A stretch of 64,000 nt of DNA, taken from the NCBI GenBank assembly GCA_965202585.1, contig OZ241833.1, positions 28,954,001 to 29,018,000 on the forward strand, read 5' to 3'. Below are positions 25,051-37,000 of this stretch, one piece after another. The translations under genes and the position numbers were made by a program. Source of the stretch: Thalia democratica. Its lineage: Eukaryota. Below the pieces are notes generated by a model. That model had not been told where the DNA came from. It made no database searches and saw only the letters and a list, made by a program, of their open reading frames with translations. Positions within the stretch are counted from its first letter, which is position 1, and each line of letters begins with the position of its first letter.

Positions 25051-28000
25051 TCAGCTGATACTATCTAACACTGAGTTAATTTCTTTTATATAGCTTTTAT
25101 TTCTGCGGCTCTTCAGTCTTTTAAAATACAATGAACAATCCAGATTGGAACATTGAACTTCTGTCAGTCGCGTGCAATTCCTACATACCTTTAAATTAAA
25201 AAATTATAATCATTTTTACCAGTTACTTCACAATCTCTCAACTCCTACCAACTATATGAAAATTTGTAATTATAACCAGTATTTATACTTCACAGTCATT
25301 TCAAAAAGCATTTTTTGTTAAATTAAAAACAATAGCTAATAATATTTAATGGTTGAGCACCTTTAAAAAAATAACTTATAAATTTACTTTGAATATCATT
25401 CAACAAAAAATGACGAAATTTAAACAATGAACACTCTTTTAAGAGTTTTTTCAGTTTTTTTTCAACTTTTTGTAGCTGATTTGATAACTTTTCATCTGAA
25501 TCATTTCAACAGAAAACTTGACAATTTATCAACGAACCTGGTTCAACACGTGTTCTTTTCGCTGCAAGCTCCTGATTGTGCCGTTCAAACTGCTCACCGC
25601 GGCTTGCAAAGACCCGGAGTCGCCCGTGCAAACGTGGCACAGCTTCTTCAGCCTCCCCTTCACCACCCGGTGGCACGCCAGGCAGTGCTTGGATTGGAAG
25701 AATTGCGATATCGTGGACTGAATGAAGGTTGTTGTTTTAAACAAAGCGCGCGCGTGAGCACATGCGAGCTTTCAAGCACCATTACTTTATGTTGTTTATT
25801 ATAAAATTAAAAACAAATGATTAAATTCATCTTAAACTTATATTATAAATTATTAATAATTATAAAAAACTTGTAATTTAACTCTAACAAAAAATATACA
25901 ATTTGCAGTTAATATTATTTTAAATTTTTGATTTTTAGAATTTTTAAACACCGCACAAACAAATATTAAAAAAGTTATCACAAACAAATTTTCCCGCCAA
26001 CCTTGACCGCCTGGCTCTCGGCGTGGTGGAAGTACGTCATAACTCGGGGGGTTTCCCTGAACCAATCGTAAACGTCGCATCCGGGTATCAGCGACAGCAT
26101 CCTGTGCAATGCGGGCAGCAGCATCTTTGTGACGTAATAGCGGCCGTTCAAGCGCAGCGTCGGGTCCTTGATCACGTTGCGGGGTTCGCGCACCAGCGTG
26201 AAGAGGGGAACCCCGGGCGACCCGCACACCACCACGTACGGGACGTGCTGGCCCGGGTGGTACGAGGACCTGCTGTCCATTGCTTTTCGTTTTCTGTTTC
26301 GGGGATTTTTTTTGTGGAAAATTTGTTTGGTACGCTTTGAGGGTGTTTTACTTATTTTTGATTTTTTTACATGTTGAATTTTTTTACACGGACCTTGTCA
26401 CTTTTTTTATTTGCTTTAAAATAAGTTTTATTATTTTATAATTTTAATTTATAAACCTTTTAGAACGCTTAAAAACTAGTCCTAAAACCAAAAAATCCTT
26501 GCAAATATAAATAATAACTTGAGTCATTGAAAAACGCTGATAAAGTTTACACATTTTATTTTACTTTTAAGGTAAAAATTGTAATCTAACCTTGCCAGCA
26601 CAAGACCAGGTACAATGGCTCCGGGTTTGTAATTATTTATTCCCCTGAATTCCTTGGAAATTATGTACTTTTCAAAGTTCATATTTTCTTGTAGGACTTT
26701 TGAACACTGACTTTGTACATAAGCTTTGACCTGAAAATATTATTTTTTATATTATAACTACACTATAAGCGGTAATTCTAATTAGTTTCTAGTTTTACTT
26801 TCAGTTTACTTTAAGCAGGATGTTTAAGAGATTTATGTTTTTCAGGCTTAAAGGTTGCTATTCAAAACTATTATCATTATCCTATTTTAATATAAAAATG
26901 TTAAAGATTTTAAGTTTTTTTTATCAGCAATTGCTCATAGTTCTTATTTTAACTCTTATACTGAGAACTGCTAACAAGACAACTGGTCTTGATACAAAGT
27001 AAACTTCAGTTTGAATTGAACATAGTATTATGGTTTCAAAAAAATAATGAGCTTAAAAACTATAAAAGTATACAACACTAATATATATATGTATATAATG
27101 TGGGAACGGGTCAAAATTGCATGGGGGCTCAAAATTGCACATAGATACTTTTGCAAGAAGACAAATTTGCATGAGGACACGAAATTGCACGAGGGGACAA
27201 AATTTCACGAAGACAACTTTGCACTAAGGGTAAACTTTGCACGAGTTACAATTTTGCACGGACGGTCATTTTTGCACAAGAGTATAGAAAAAAACTAAAT
27301 GTTAAATCAAAAAAAAAAAAGAATAGATAAAAAATAATCAAAAAAAATAAAAAGTTACCGATCGAGGGTAAGAGTTAGGAGTATCAGTAATAGTAAAAAC
27401 AATCTAAATTGATAAAAAAATAAAATTAAAATTAATAAAAAAAAAAAAATCAACCCGTGCAAAACTGTCTCCGTGCAAAATTGTCTGCTCGTACAAAAGT
27501 ATGTTCGTGCAATTGTGTGCCCTCGTGCAATTTCGTATGCTTGTGCAAATTAGACACCTACCGATATAATGTAATATTTAACCAAACATAGAACCGCACC
27601 TCGCCCATGGCCTCCTTGTCGAAGATGAGGCGGAGGACGCGCTCCAGCGTCTCGCTGACGATCAGGCACCCGTCCCGCCGCACCGTCTCGATCCCCTTCG
27701 CGTCGAAGGTGGGCTGCGACTGGTCACGTGACTCGTACGCGTACCCCGCGTACCTCTTCTTCGTCTGCAGTATGCACGGGCTGTAGATCTGAAAACAATT
27801 TGTTTTTAAGTGAAAATTTAAAAAAAGTTATTTAAATGATCTTTAACAGTTACACAAGTTTTACTGCACGGGCTGTAGATCTGAAAAACTATACAAGTGA
27901 GTGTAATAATGCTTTGTTTTGAAGTTAACATTAGTAGATAATTAAATTAAAAGCATTTTAATAGTTACACGAGTTTTAGCGTTGTTCAAAACGTTCTTAT

Positions 28001-31000
28001 ATATGTTAAAAAAACATATCATTCAGTTTATCAAAATATTCTTTTTTTTTTACTTTTCGATGATATATGAAAAAGTATATTTATTTACTTTGCATCACAG
28101 TTCATAAAGGTTTGAAAAACTAAACTTAAAATTCAACACTTTGAAGTTTTATATTTTAAATTTAGACTACCTTAATCCTCTAAAATATCTACAAATATTT
28201 TTTAAAGGTTACATAAGTATATAAACTGTTTTTAACATGGCGAAAACTAATGTACAAAACTGTTTACTTTTGCAAGTTTGTGCTTGCAAATTATCTAATT
28301 ATCTAATTGTGTATCATTTTTAGTAGTGTTTGCATCAATTAAAGCTTTTACCGTCATAAAAAACAAAAAATATTGTTATTCGTTCTTAAATCGTTAAATT
28401 TAAACTTATTTGCCAAGCATTTATACTGTATAAAGGTACAACAAAACTTGTTAATTTTTGTTTTTATTAAAAATACTATTTTTAAAATTTTTTTTTATAT
28501 TGTTTTTCTATATGGTATTGCTATTTTCAACAAGAAAAAAATTAAACTGATAGTTTAAGTGAATAGATAAAAATAGGTTTACATTAAATAAGTTATAGTA
28601 GACATTTTTTTTAATGTCTCAAAAAGTCAGAATTCCGCAAACGATTGATGAAAAGCTAACACAAATACATCAACAACTTTTAAAACAGCAAGAATACGTG
28701 GAAAAAATTGCCGGAAATTGTCTGAAATTAAAATACTACAAAGCAGTGGTGAAATTTTAAACAATAAAAATGGTATTGTAGCTAAACGCCTAAGTAAGTT
28801 ATTAAATAACTTAGATATTTGTTTTTTTATATTTTATAATAATAAAGAAAACTTTTAAATAACTTTATATTTTATATTAAGAAAAACAGCTAAAACTTTT
28901 ATTTAATGTTAATTCTTCTAGCATATAACGAGCTAACTGGTGTAAAAGCCCCAACAAACGAAAAGGACTTACAAGTTTCAAGTAGTTAGTTAATAACTTT
29001 GATATTTTATTAATAAGGTCAATCAGTAACTATTATTTTGAAACTAATATTATAAAATAAATACACAAATCTTTAAGGAAACAATTAAATAACTTTTGTA
29101 TAAAAAACGTAAGGTTTAAACTCAAATTATTAAAAAAAAGATTGGTAAGTATAAAAAGTATTGAAAAACAAAATATTATTGTTTTGTTTCATTTTTTAAC
29201 TTTTGAAAAAAGATTAAAAGAATACTAGTTTATATAACATGTTTCAAACAATAAATTAAATTAATCTGTAAAAAAAACAAGATTAGTTTCTATAAAAGCT
29301 GATTTAATAAAAAGTGACATGATTAATAGAAATGAAACAAAAAAAACTTACAATTTAAGAGTCAATAAAATATTTTTTTTTTTGACACATAGATATTTAA
29401 TACTCTATAAAAAAACTCTAGGAAAGTCAATTGCAAAGCCACAGAAGATTTCAAACGCCCAAACCAAAAGAAAAATTCAAAATACAAAAGAAGACAGTAA
29501 AAGTTTTTCTTCAAACAGACTCCCACTAAATGCTGACAACTCAAAACTCACGGACACGCCTCCCACGAGTTCAAATTCTCAAACACAAAACTCGCCAGGT
29601 CCCAGCGTCGCCAAAGATACTGACTCAATGGACGTTTCTACCAACGAGATAAAATCACAGGGATCGTCACTGAGCAACGACGCTGAATTCCTGTTGGCTC
29701 GTTTCTTTCTCGAAAACACCGACCCCACCCACGCCGACGTCAAGCTCTTGTCCGAAGCGACCGGGACGAGCGAAACGTCGGTGAGGAGCTGGTTGCGCGA
29801 ACAAGAGCTGAAGAGGAGCGGCAACTGCGCACTGAGCGCAAACCAGGTTCCGTTGGCCATTTTGCGCTTCAACTCGAACCCGAAACCTGCGCTGGCCGAG
29901 TACGAGGTTTTGAGCGGCGAGCTGGGAGCGGAAAGGCTGGCGGTCTTTCTGTTTTTCAGAACCAGAAGGAACAACCTCGGGATGAGCAGCTCGAGCAGGT
30001 ACTCGTTTGCATGCAGCGGAAAGAAAAGAGAAAAGCTGGAAGAGTCTTATGGAAAGTACTGCAACGGCAAACGGCTGTCAGTTGAAAAACTGATAGAGGT
30101 GGCAAAGGAAATCGGTGTTGACGAGCTAAAAGTAGAAAACTATTTCCGCAACAAAATGGTGAACTTTCGTAAAGAAAAAATGCTGCAAAATAATAGCGGA
30201 ACAAAGACAGCAAATAAGTTTCAAGGTCTTCCAAACACTGCACTTAATTCAAATGTTCAAAGTTTGTTGGGTAATGAACCTTCGACTTTAGTAATTACTA
30301 GCGCACCCAATCAAATACTTCAAAATCAACCAATTATAAATAGTGGACCAAATTACACTTTAAATCCTTACAACACACACATAACAAATCAAATTTACAG
30401 TAACTGGATTGCTAATAACTACTATCATCAAAATTTAAAAAAATACTTTAACTTTTTGAATCAGTTGAACCGAGCATCATTATACAGTCTGCTGTCTCGA
30501 GACAGGTCAAATTCAAACGGCCAGCACTCGCAAAACGTGAGAAATTACCAACAACTCGGTGAAAGTGACGGTAACAGCCAAGTCAAAAGTAACCAAGCGT
30601 CTTCAAGTGGACAAGCCGAGCAAAATCAACCATCTGCACCCAATACTGACGATTGTGGTTCAGGTCACAACAGATCGAATCCAACTAACTCGCACAACAA
30701 AGCGAGAGGAGTTACTTGTGATGGAAATGACATGGAAAATCAAGTGGATGCAGAGTCTAATATTGATAAGCTAAAGCGATTCGTTAAAGATTTTAAGTAT
30801 GCGTGAAGCAGTAAAAAAAAATATGTTTATTTTTTTATAAAAGTATGCTTGTTCTGACATAAACTGTTTTGTATTCTTGCTGCATAGTTGTAACATTGTA
30901 AATATATAACAGTTCTATAAAAAAAAAGAAAATAATAAAAAATATATTATTTAATCATATTCTTATGCATCATTCAATTTATTTTTACGTTAAAAAATAA

Positions 31001-34000
31001 AGTATCTTAACGTTTTTGTGTTCAACTTATAATTAAAAGTATTTTGTTTAGTAAAACAAAAACATTGTAATGTGTTTCAATTTTATTACTGACTAAGTTT
31101 TTTATGCCAGAAAATATTTGTTATGCAAGACTAGTTCCTATAGTATACATTGTTCTAAAAAGTTAAAAGTTATAATACATTTTATTACATTATAGAACTG
31201 TAATTGATATAATTGAGTCTGTTCAAATGACTCATTGCGACAGAAGACAGTTCGAATTATTTTGTGCAAAAGCGTACAATTAAGTTTCTAAAAAATATTG
31301 TATTTAGGCTAAGTTTTATCTAATTTTTATATGGCAAAAGTAAAAAAAAAAGATGTCATTTTAAGCATTTTATACCAACTCGATAAATAAAAACCATAAA
31401 CAAAAAAAATTATTCATTTTAACTAAAAAACAACATGAAACTTTTAAATTATTGATAAGAAAATATTGCTAAAAAATCTTTTTAACTGACTAACTTTTTC
31501 AAACTTGAGCTTCACCGGATGAGGGTTCATTTCGGTTATTTCCCCGATCATCTCCATGGCGACGTCGAACGCCTGCTGCTTGGTGACTCCCGGCTGCATG
31601 GCAACGAACAAGCTGTCGGTGTCGCCGTACACCACTCTCGCTTGCCACCGGTGGTAGTTCTTGTTGACGTGCTCGATGGCGCGCTCCAGTGTCCGACGCG
31701 CCGTCTCGATTATGCTGTCGCCGATCTTTGAAAGTTTTTGTTTCGGGGGATTTAGCAAAATCTTTAAAATCATTAATAGAAAAGTATATGATGTACATGC
31801 GTTAAATTGTTAAGCAACTGTTAAAATTGAAATATTAAACAATTGGAAGCAAACAAAGTAGCTTAAATAACCTCAAGATGTAAAACAGTAAATAAAACAC
31901 AGTAATCAATAGCACAAAATTTTGAAAACAATTTTAATAAACTGTTCCATAACAACTTGAAACAGCTTAAATAAAAAACTTAGCCGACCGCAATCAAATA
32001 CTGAAACAATTATTTTTGTTCACCTCAGCGCAGGGCATTCTTCCCGAGAAGCTGGCAGCAGTGTATCCGAACGTGACGTTGGCAATGAGCTTCAGTCCCA
32101 GCTGCCTGTGATGCAACTGCTTCTTTATGACGTCATCGTCGCCGCACTCTTTCATCACCTTTGTTATTTAATTATCATCAAGTGCTCAACATGTCAGATA
32201 GTTGGAACATTCTCTTTTTTAAAATTTATTGACATTGTGCATTAACACACCAGGAAGAAAAACACTTTTTGATTACTTGTATTAATTAGTTCGGTTGTTT
32301 AAACAACATCTACGTTAAATATGAAAATAATTTATTTTTTATACAAAACTAGGACTGTTTAAAACCATATATCTTTAAAAGCCTGGTGCAGCCTGGTATA
32401 AAGTTCACTGTTTTAAAAATTAAACATTTCTTTTAAACCTTTTTAGTCATGACGCGGGCGTTGAGTATCTCCTTGAGCATTTTCGGCAGTATGCCGCCTC
32501 TGACGCGCTTCGTGACGAAACAGACCCCGTTCGGCGACACCGTGACGTCATCGCTCTCGATCAACTTCAGCAAGTGCTTCTTGTTGACGTATTGCGACGA
32601 GCAACCGAACTGAAAAGTGTCGTTTCTGTTCAGAGAAATGTAAATTAGTCACAATTTATGGGTAAATATTCCGTCTTATTTGAAAATATTAGTATCTGAA
32701 ATTTTTAAATTTGTCCTCTGAAAAAAAACCATTGGATTCGTTGTATTAGCTTTTATTGATTTTTAGTGAAGATTTTTAGTCACAAAAGTATGTAATTTGA
32801 CAGTAGATTGTTACTTTTTTATGTGCATAACTCAGCTTGAAAATATTAAGTCTTTAAACTACTAAACATTCAGTTAAAAACCTCAAGAAAAGTTAACTTT
32901 GTAAAATTTCATATATTAACTACCAAAGCATTTTCTTACAATACAAAAACTTAATTTTCAAATATCAAACAACTGACTGGTACAATTGATCCAGTCTACC
33001 GAGGCATGTCGAGTAGCAGTAGTTGTACGCGATCATTACGGAAGGGTACAAGCTTTGAAAGTCCAAAACAACAACGTTTTCATGGTACAATCTTCAAGTT
33101 GTAATATTTAAGTTTAAAATTTTTGATATATTAATATTTATATAGTATATTTTGTTAAGAAGGAAATGAATTAACAAAACTGATTTGTTGTACTAATTTA
33201 TGTCCTATATTTTCCAATTAATTTTAAAATTGATCTTATCTTTCTTAATCTATCAAGTGTTTAGACTTTGACTCAAATTGTTATGTGTTATTTAATAGAT
33301 TAAATTATACTTAAAGTTTTAACTAAAAGAGCTTAAAATACCAATAAAAGATTTAAATTTGTCAGCTTTTTTTCATATCATGTAACTCGATACCACAGTC
33401 GATTTAATCTTATCGAGCTCATCAAACTTGTTTTAATATCAAACGCACCTCGACTGCGGTTCGAATATCAGAGGCACCGATTCCGGGGCTCGCTGTCCGG
33501 CCCTCTGCAAAGTGCTTGGACTGAGGGCCACGTAGTTGGCCCGCCTCGTGTGCCGCAGCATCATGCTTTCCACCTGGAACAAGTATCAGTGCAATATACA
33601 AAATATATTGAAAGAGTATCAGTGATTCTAAAACACTAAAAATTATAAAGTGTAACAAGCTGGGGGGCTAGTATACTCAACAATTTATAATTATAGTATT
33701 ATATACTGTATTTAATACTCACATTAATTGAGTAACAGCTGTAAAACAGTACTTTAAATACATATTTCACTACCATTTCTTGTAACAAACATTGACCATT
33801 TGCAAACTAATTTGTGCAGTATTTATGCACTTGCTTTTTAGCTTTTCTGAAGTAAAAAACCAGTTTTATATAAAATTAATGAGACTTGAATAATTGTAAC
33901 TTTGACAAAAAAAGCACAACTTGTGTTTTGATGTTTTAAATTAAATTTTTTTATTAAATTTCAACAAACTTTAAACTGGGAGCCTCTGGTGAACACTTCC

Positions 34001-37000
34001 TCGAACTGAATTCCGTAAATCCTGCTGAATTCCGACGCCTTCTTCACAACGTCCAGCCTTTGCATCAGCAGCACGTTTCCTCTGGCGCGCGACTTGTAGT
34101 AATCAATCAACCGCGACAGCTTGCGATCGCTCAACCGCGAACATTTCCCGCCGTTTTGCTGCGAGCGGCGGAACCACGTGTTGAGGACGGGCTGGGAGTA
34201 GTGGGGCGTTTTGGTTCGCAGCAGCGCATTCAGCACCGTCTCGTAATCGTAGCATCGCAACCTCAGATCGCCGTCGTGCTTGTAAACGCGCCACAGGTTC
34301 AAAACGACGCGACCTGATTTGAATAAAATATGTTTGGAGCTTTTGTTGTCTCAAACATTGAGCTAATTTCAACAAAAAACAAACTGAAGTTATGAAAAAC
34401 TTGTTGAAGAGAATGTTTAATAATTTAAAGTATGCATGTTTTTGTCAAAATTGGTTTGAAACTAAAAACTTTATGTATACCGTTGCATTATTTATTTGTT
34501 GCTAGTACAAAAGTTAAAGCAAAATGGTTTAACAAGACTATTACGCGAAAAAGTTATTTTACATTCAATGCCTAAACTAAAACTTCCACTTCACACCAAC
34601 CATTCAACCAGGTTGAACTTAGAAACTTCTTATTCATGAATTTAATTGACCTTAAATTTCAAATCCAAACCAACCGTTCAACCTGGTGGCGACGTTGCCG
34701 CTCAGCTCGTACCTGTTCTCGTAGCTCCGCTTCGCCACCTGGTGGGGAACCCTGGACACCTCCCGCCTCATGTCCAGGTTGTACACCTGACCCCTCGTCA
34801 TCACGTACCCCCACGACCCCCTCTCCACGTCGTGGCCCACCAACAAGTCGGGGTCGTGGTCCTGGACAAGCGTGACAAAGTACCTGATCATCTCCAGCTC
34901 CGTCGCAAAAGCCACGACGCCCTTGATTTGTTTTTAGGTAAGAAGAACTTTGGGGAGAAAATACGAGTTTATGTTTTCTACTTAAAGTTTAAAATTAAAA
35001 GAAAAAACATTTAATTCAACTTTTTTAATTCTTAAAAAATAACTTCTAAAGCTTAACCAAGCACACATTAAACCTCGATGTTGTTCTGGGTGACCATCAG
35101 GACGCTTTCCTCGACTGGCCGGTCGTCCACGTGGACCGAGTAGAAAATTCCTCGTATCTGGTCGACGTCCGGATCGGGCATCAAGTCCTGCCTCGAAGCG
35201 CAGTGCAGTTCCAAAGAGAAGATCTTGATGTAGTTGTCGACGCGGTTGGCTTTCTCCTGCGACAGAATAAGTGAGCTCTCGTTTGAAATTTTCCTTTGGT
35301 TTTCCTTCACTTTCTCCGCGCTGCCGGCCGTTGACTTTTTTTCTTCGAAATACTCTTTCACTTGCCGGTAGCTCGGCGGTTGCTCGATCGGGCCCACAGT
35401 GTACGTTGCGTTGGGGTCGAGCAACATTTCTTCGTTCAGGGGCTTTTTGTACATTTCCGCCGCGCGAACGATCATGTCCGGGTCGTCGGGGAAGTTTCTC
35501 ATCACCTGCAGTTCGCGGTTGCGTTCGATGGCGTCCGGAAAACATTTGGATTTCATTTTTTCAGGTTTCGTCTTGCCGATGACCGTGGACGTGATCGGGT
35601 CGGAATGCAGCAGGATGTTTTTCGTGTACCTGTGTTGAAAGTAATATTTTACACAGAATAATTATAGTCATAGTTTTTGGTTTTTATTTGTTAATTATAG
35701 CTATTTTGAAAATGAGTAAATTATGCCGAAACGCATGAATAGCATTTATTTAAACACAAAAACTGACCTGCACCTGTTAAAGTTTATGTTCAAAGTTAAC
35801 GCACCTCAACCAGTGATATATTATAAAAACAACATGATATTTTTAACTATTTATATCGTCTAACTAACTCTTCGACTTCGTTGTAAGTGGGCGGCCGCAA
35901 ACCAACAACCAGGTCGAATATTTCTTCCTCGTCTTCATCCTTCGAAGTATCCTGCTGCTGGCTGCTTGCGAGAAGAGCCACCTGCTGGCTGTTTTGAACG
36001 GACGATGAACACGACGCGTTGAGCAAGCTGCAGGTGCCAAGTGAACTTTGCAAGTCAAGAGCGTACTCGTGGTTGTCTGCGATTAATACAGATTAATACA
36101 GTTGTCTGCTTGTAAGTCGGTTTAGTTGATAAAAAAATGTTGAGCTAAAACAAATTGTTTATTATCACTTGAGTTTGAATGAAGTCTGCTTAATAAGTAA
36201 AAACAAACTCTTTGTTGTTAAATTTAACAGAAGTTGCAAACAGTTACGAATAGTACGATTAACATAAGGCTTGTAATTGTAATTCAATTTAGTTGATAAA
36301 AATATGTTAAGCTGAAACAAAGTGTTTATTACCACCTGAGTTTGAATGAAATCTACTTGATAAGTAAAATAAACTCTTTGTTGTTAAGTTCAACAGAAGT
36401 TGCAAACAGTCACGAATAGTACGATTAACATAAGGCTTGTAATTGTAATTCAACTTAGTTGATAAAAATATGTTAAGCTGAAACAAAGTGTTTATTACCA
36501 CCTGAGTTTGAAAAAAATCTATCTAATAAGTAAAAATAAACTCTTTGTTGTTAAGTTCAACAGAAGTTGCAAATAGTTACGAATAGTACGATTAATATTT
36601 AGGCTCGTAATTATAAGTCAGTTTAATTGAATATAAAAAACTTGTACGTTATAAAAACTTATTTTTTACCTAAATATACTCAAGCTTTCGGTAGACATAA
36701 GTAAAAACACATTTTTATGGACAATTTCACTTATAGAGTTTGGTATATGTGATCATTGCCTAAGCGAATGAAACACAGTGTTGAGCAATAAACTATGAGT
36801 TTAAAGTTGTCTCATTAATATTAAAATTAACTACAGTTGTAAAAAGTTCCAACTGGTTATCTATGGAAAAATTGAACACAGCTTTTTAATAATGATTGTA
36901 CTGGATTTTGTATTTTAAACTTCCTGTTGAAAAAAATTAACTAGACCAACTGCTAAGATTGTTTTTCAAAAACTAAAAACTTCTAATTTAGAAGTTCTTA

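Noticed and set aside
27047-27298. 83-aa ORF with LHE..K repeats
   Set aside because: It is a translation of the internal 18-bp repeats of the Mutator-like MITE.
29319-29421. ATG 29319 as the certain start of the homeobox protein
   Set aside because: The first 34 codons are AT-rich and intron-like, end in a TAG acceptor, and are not open in the paralog; they are probably intronic.
34060-35661. ORFs 34060-34317, 34103-34375, 34636-35014, 34982-35545, 35271-35661 and similar
   Set aside because: They are antisense or off-frame readings of REV3L exons.
36110-36625. Repeat array as CRISPR-like
   Set aside because: The units are contiguous ~167-bp tandem copies with no unique spacers, in a eukaryotic intron.
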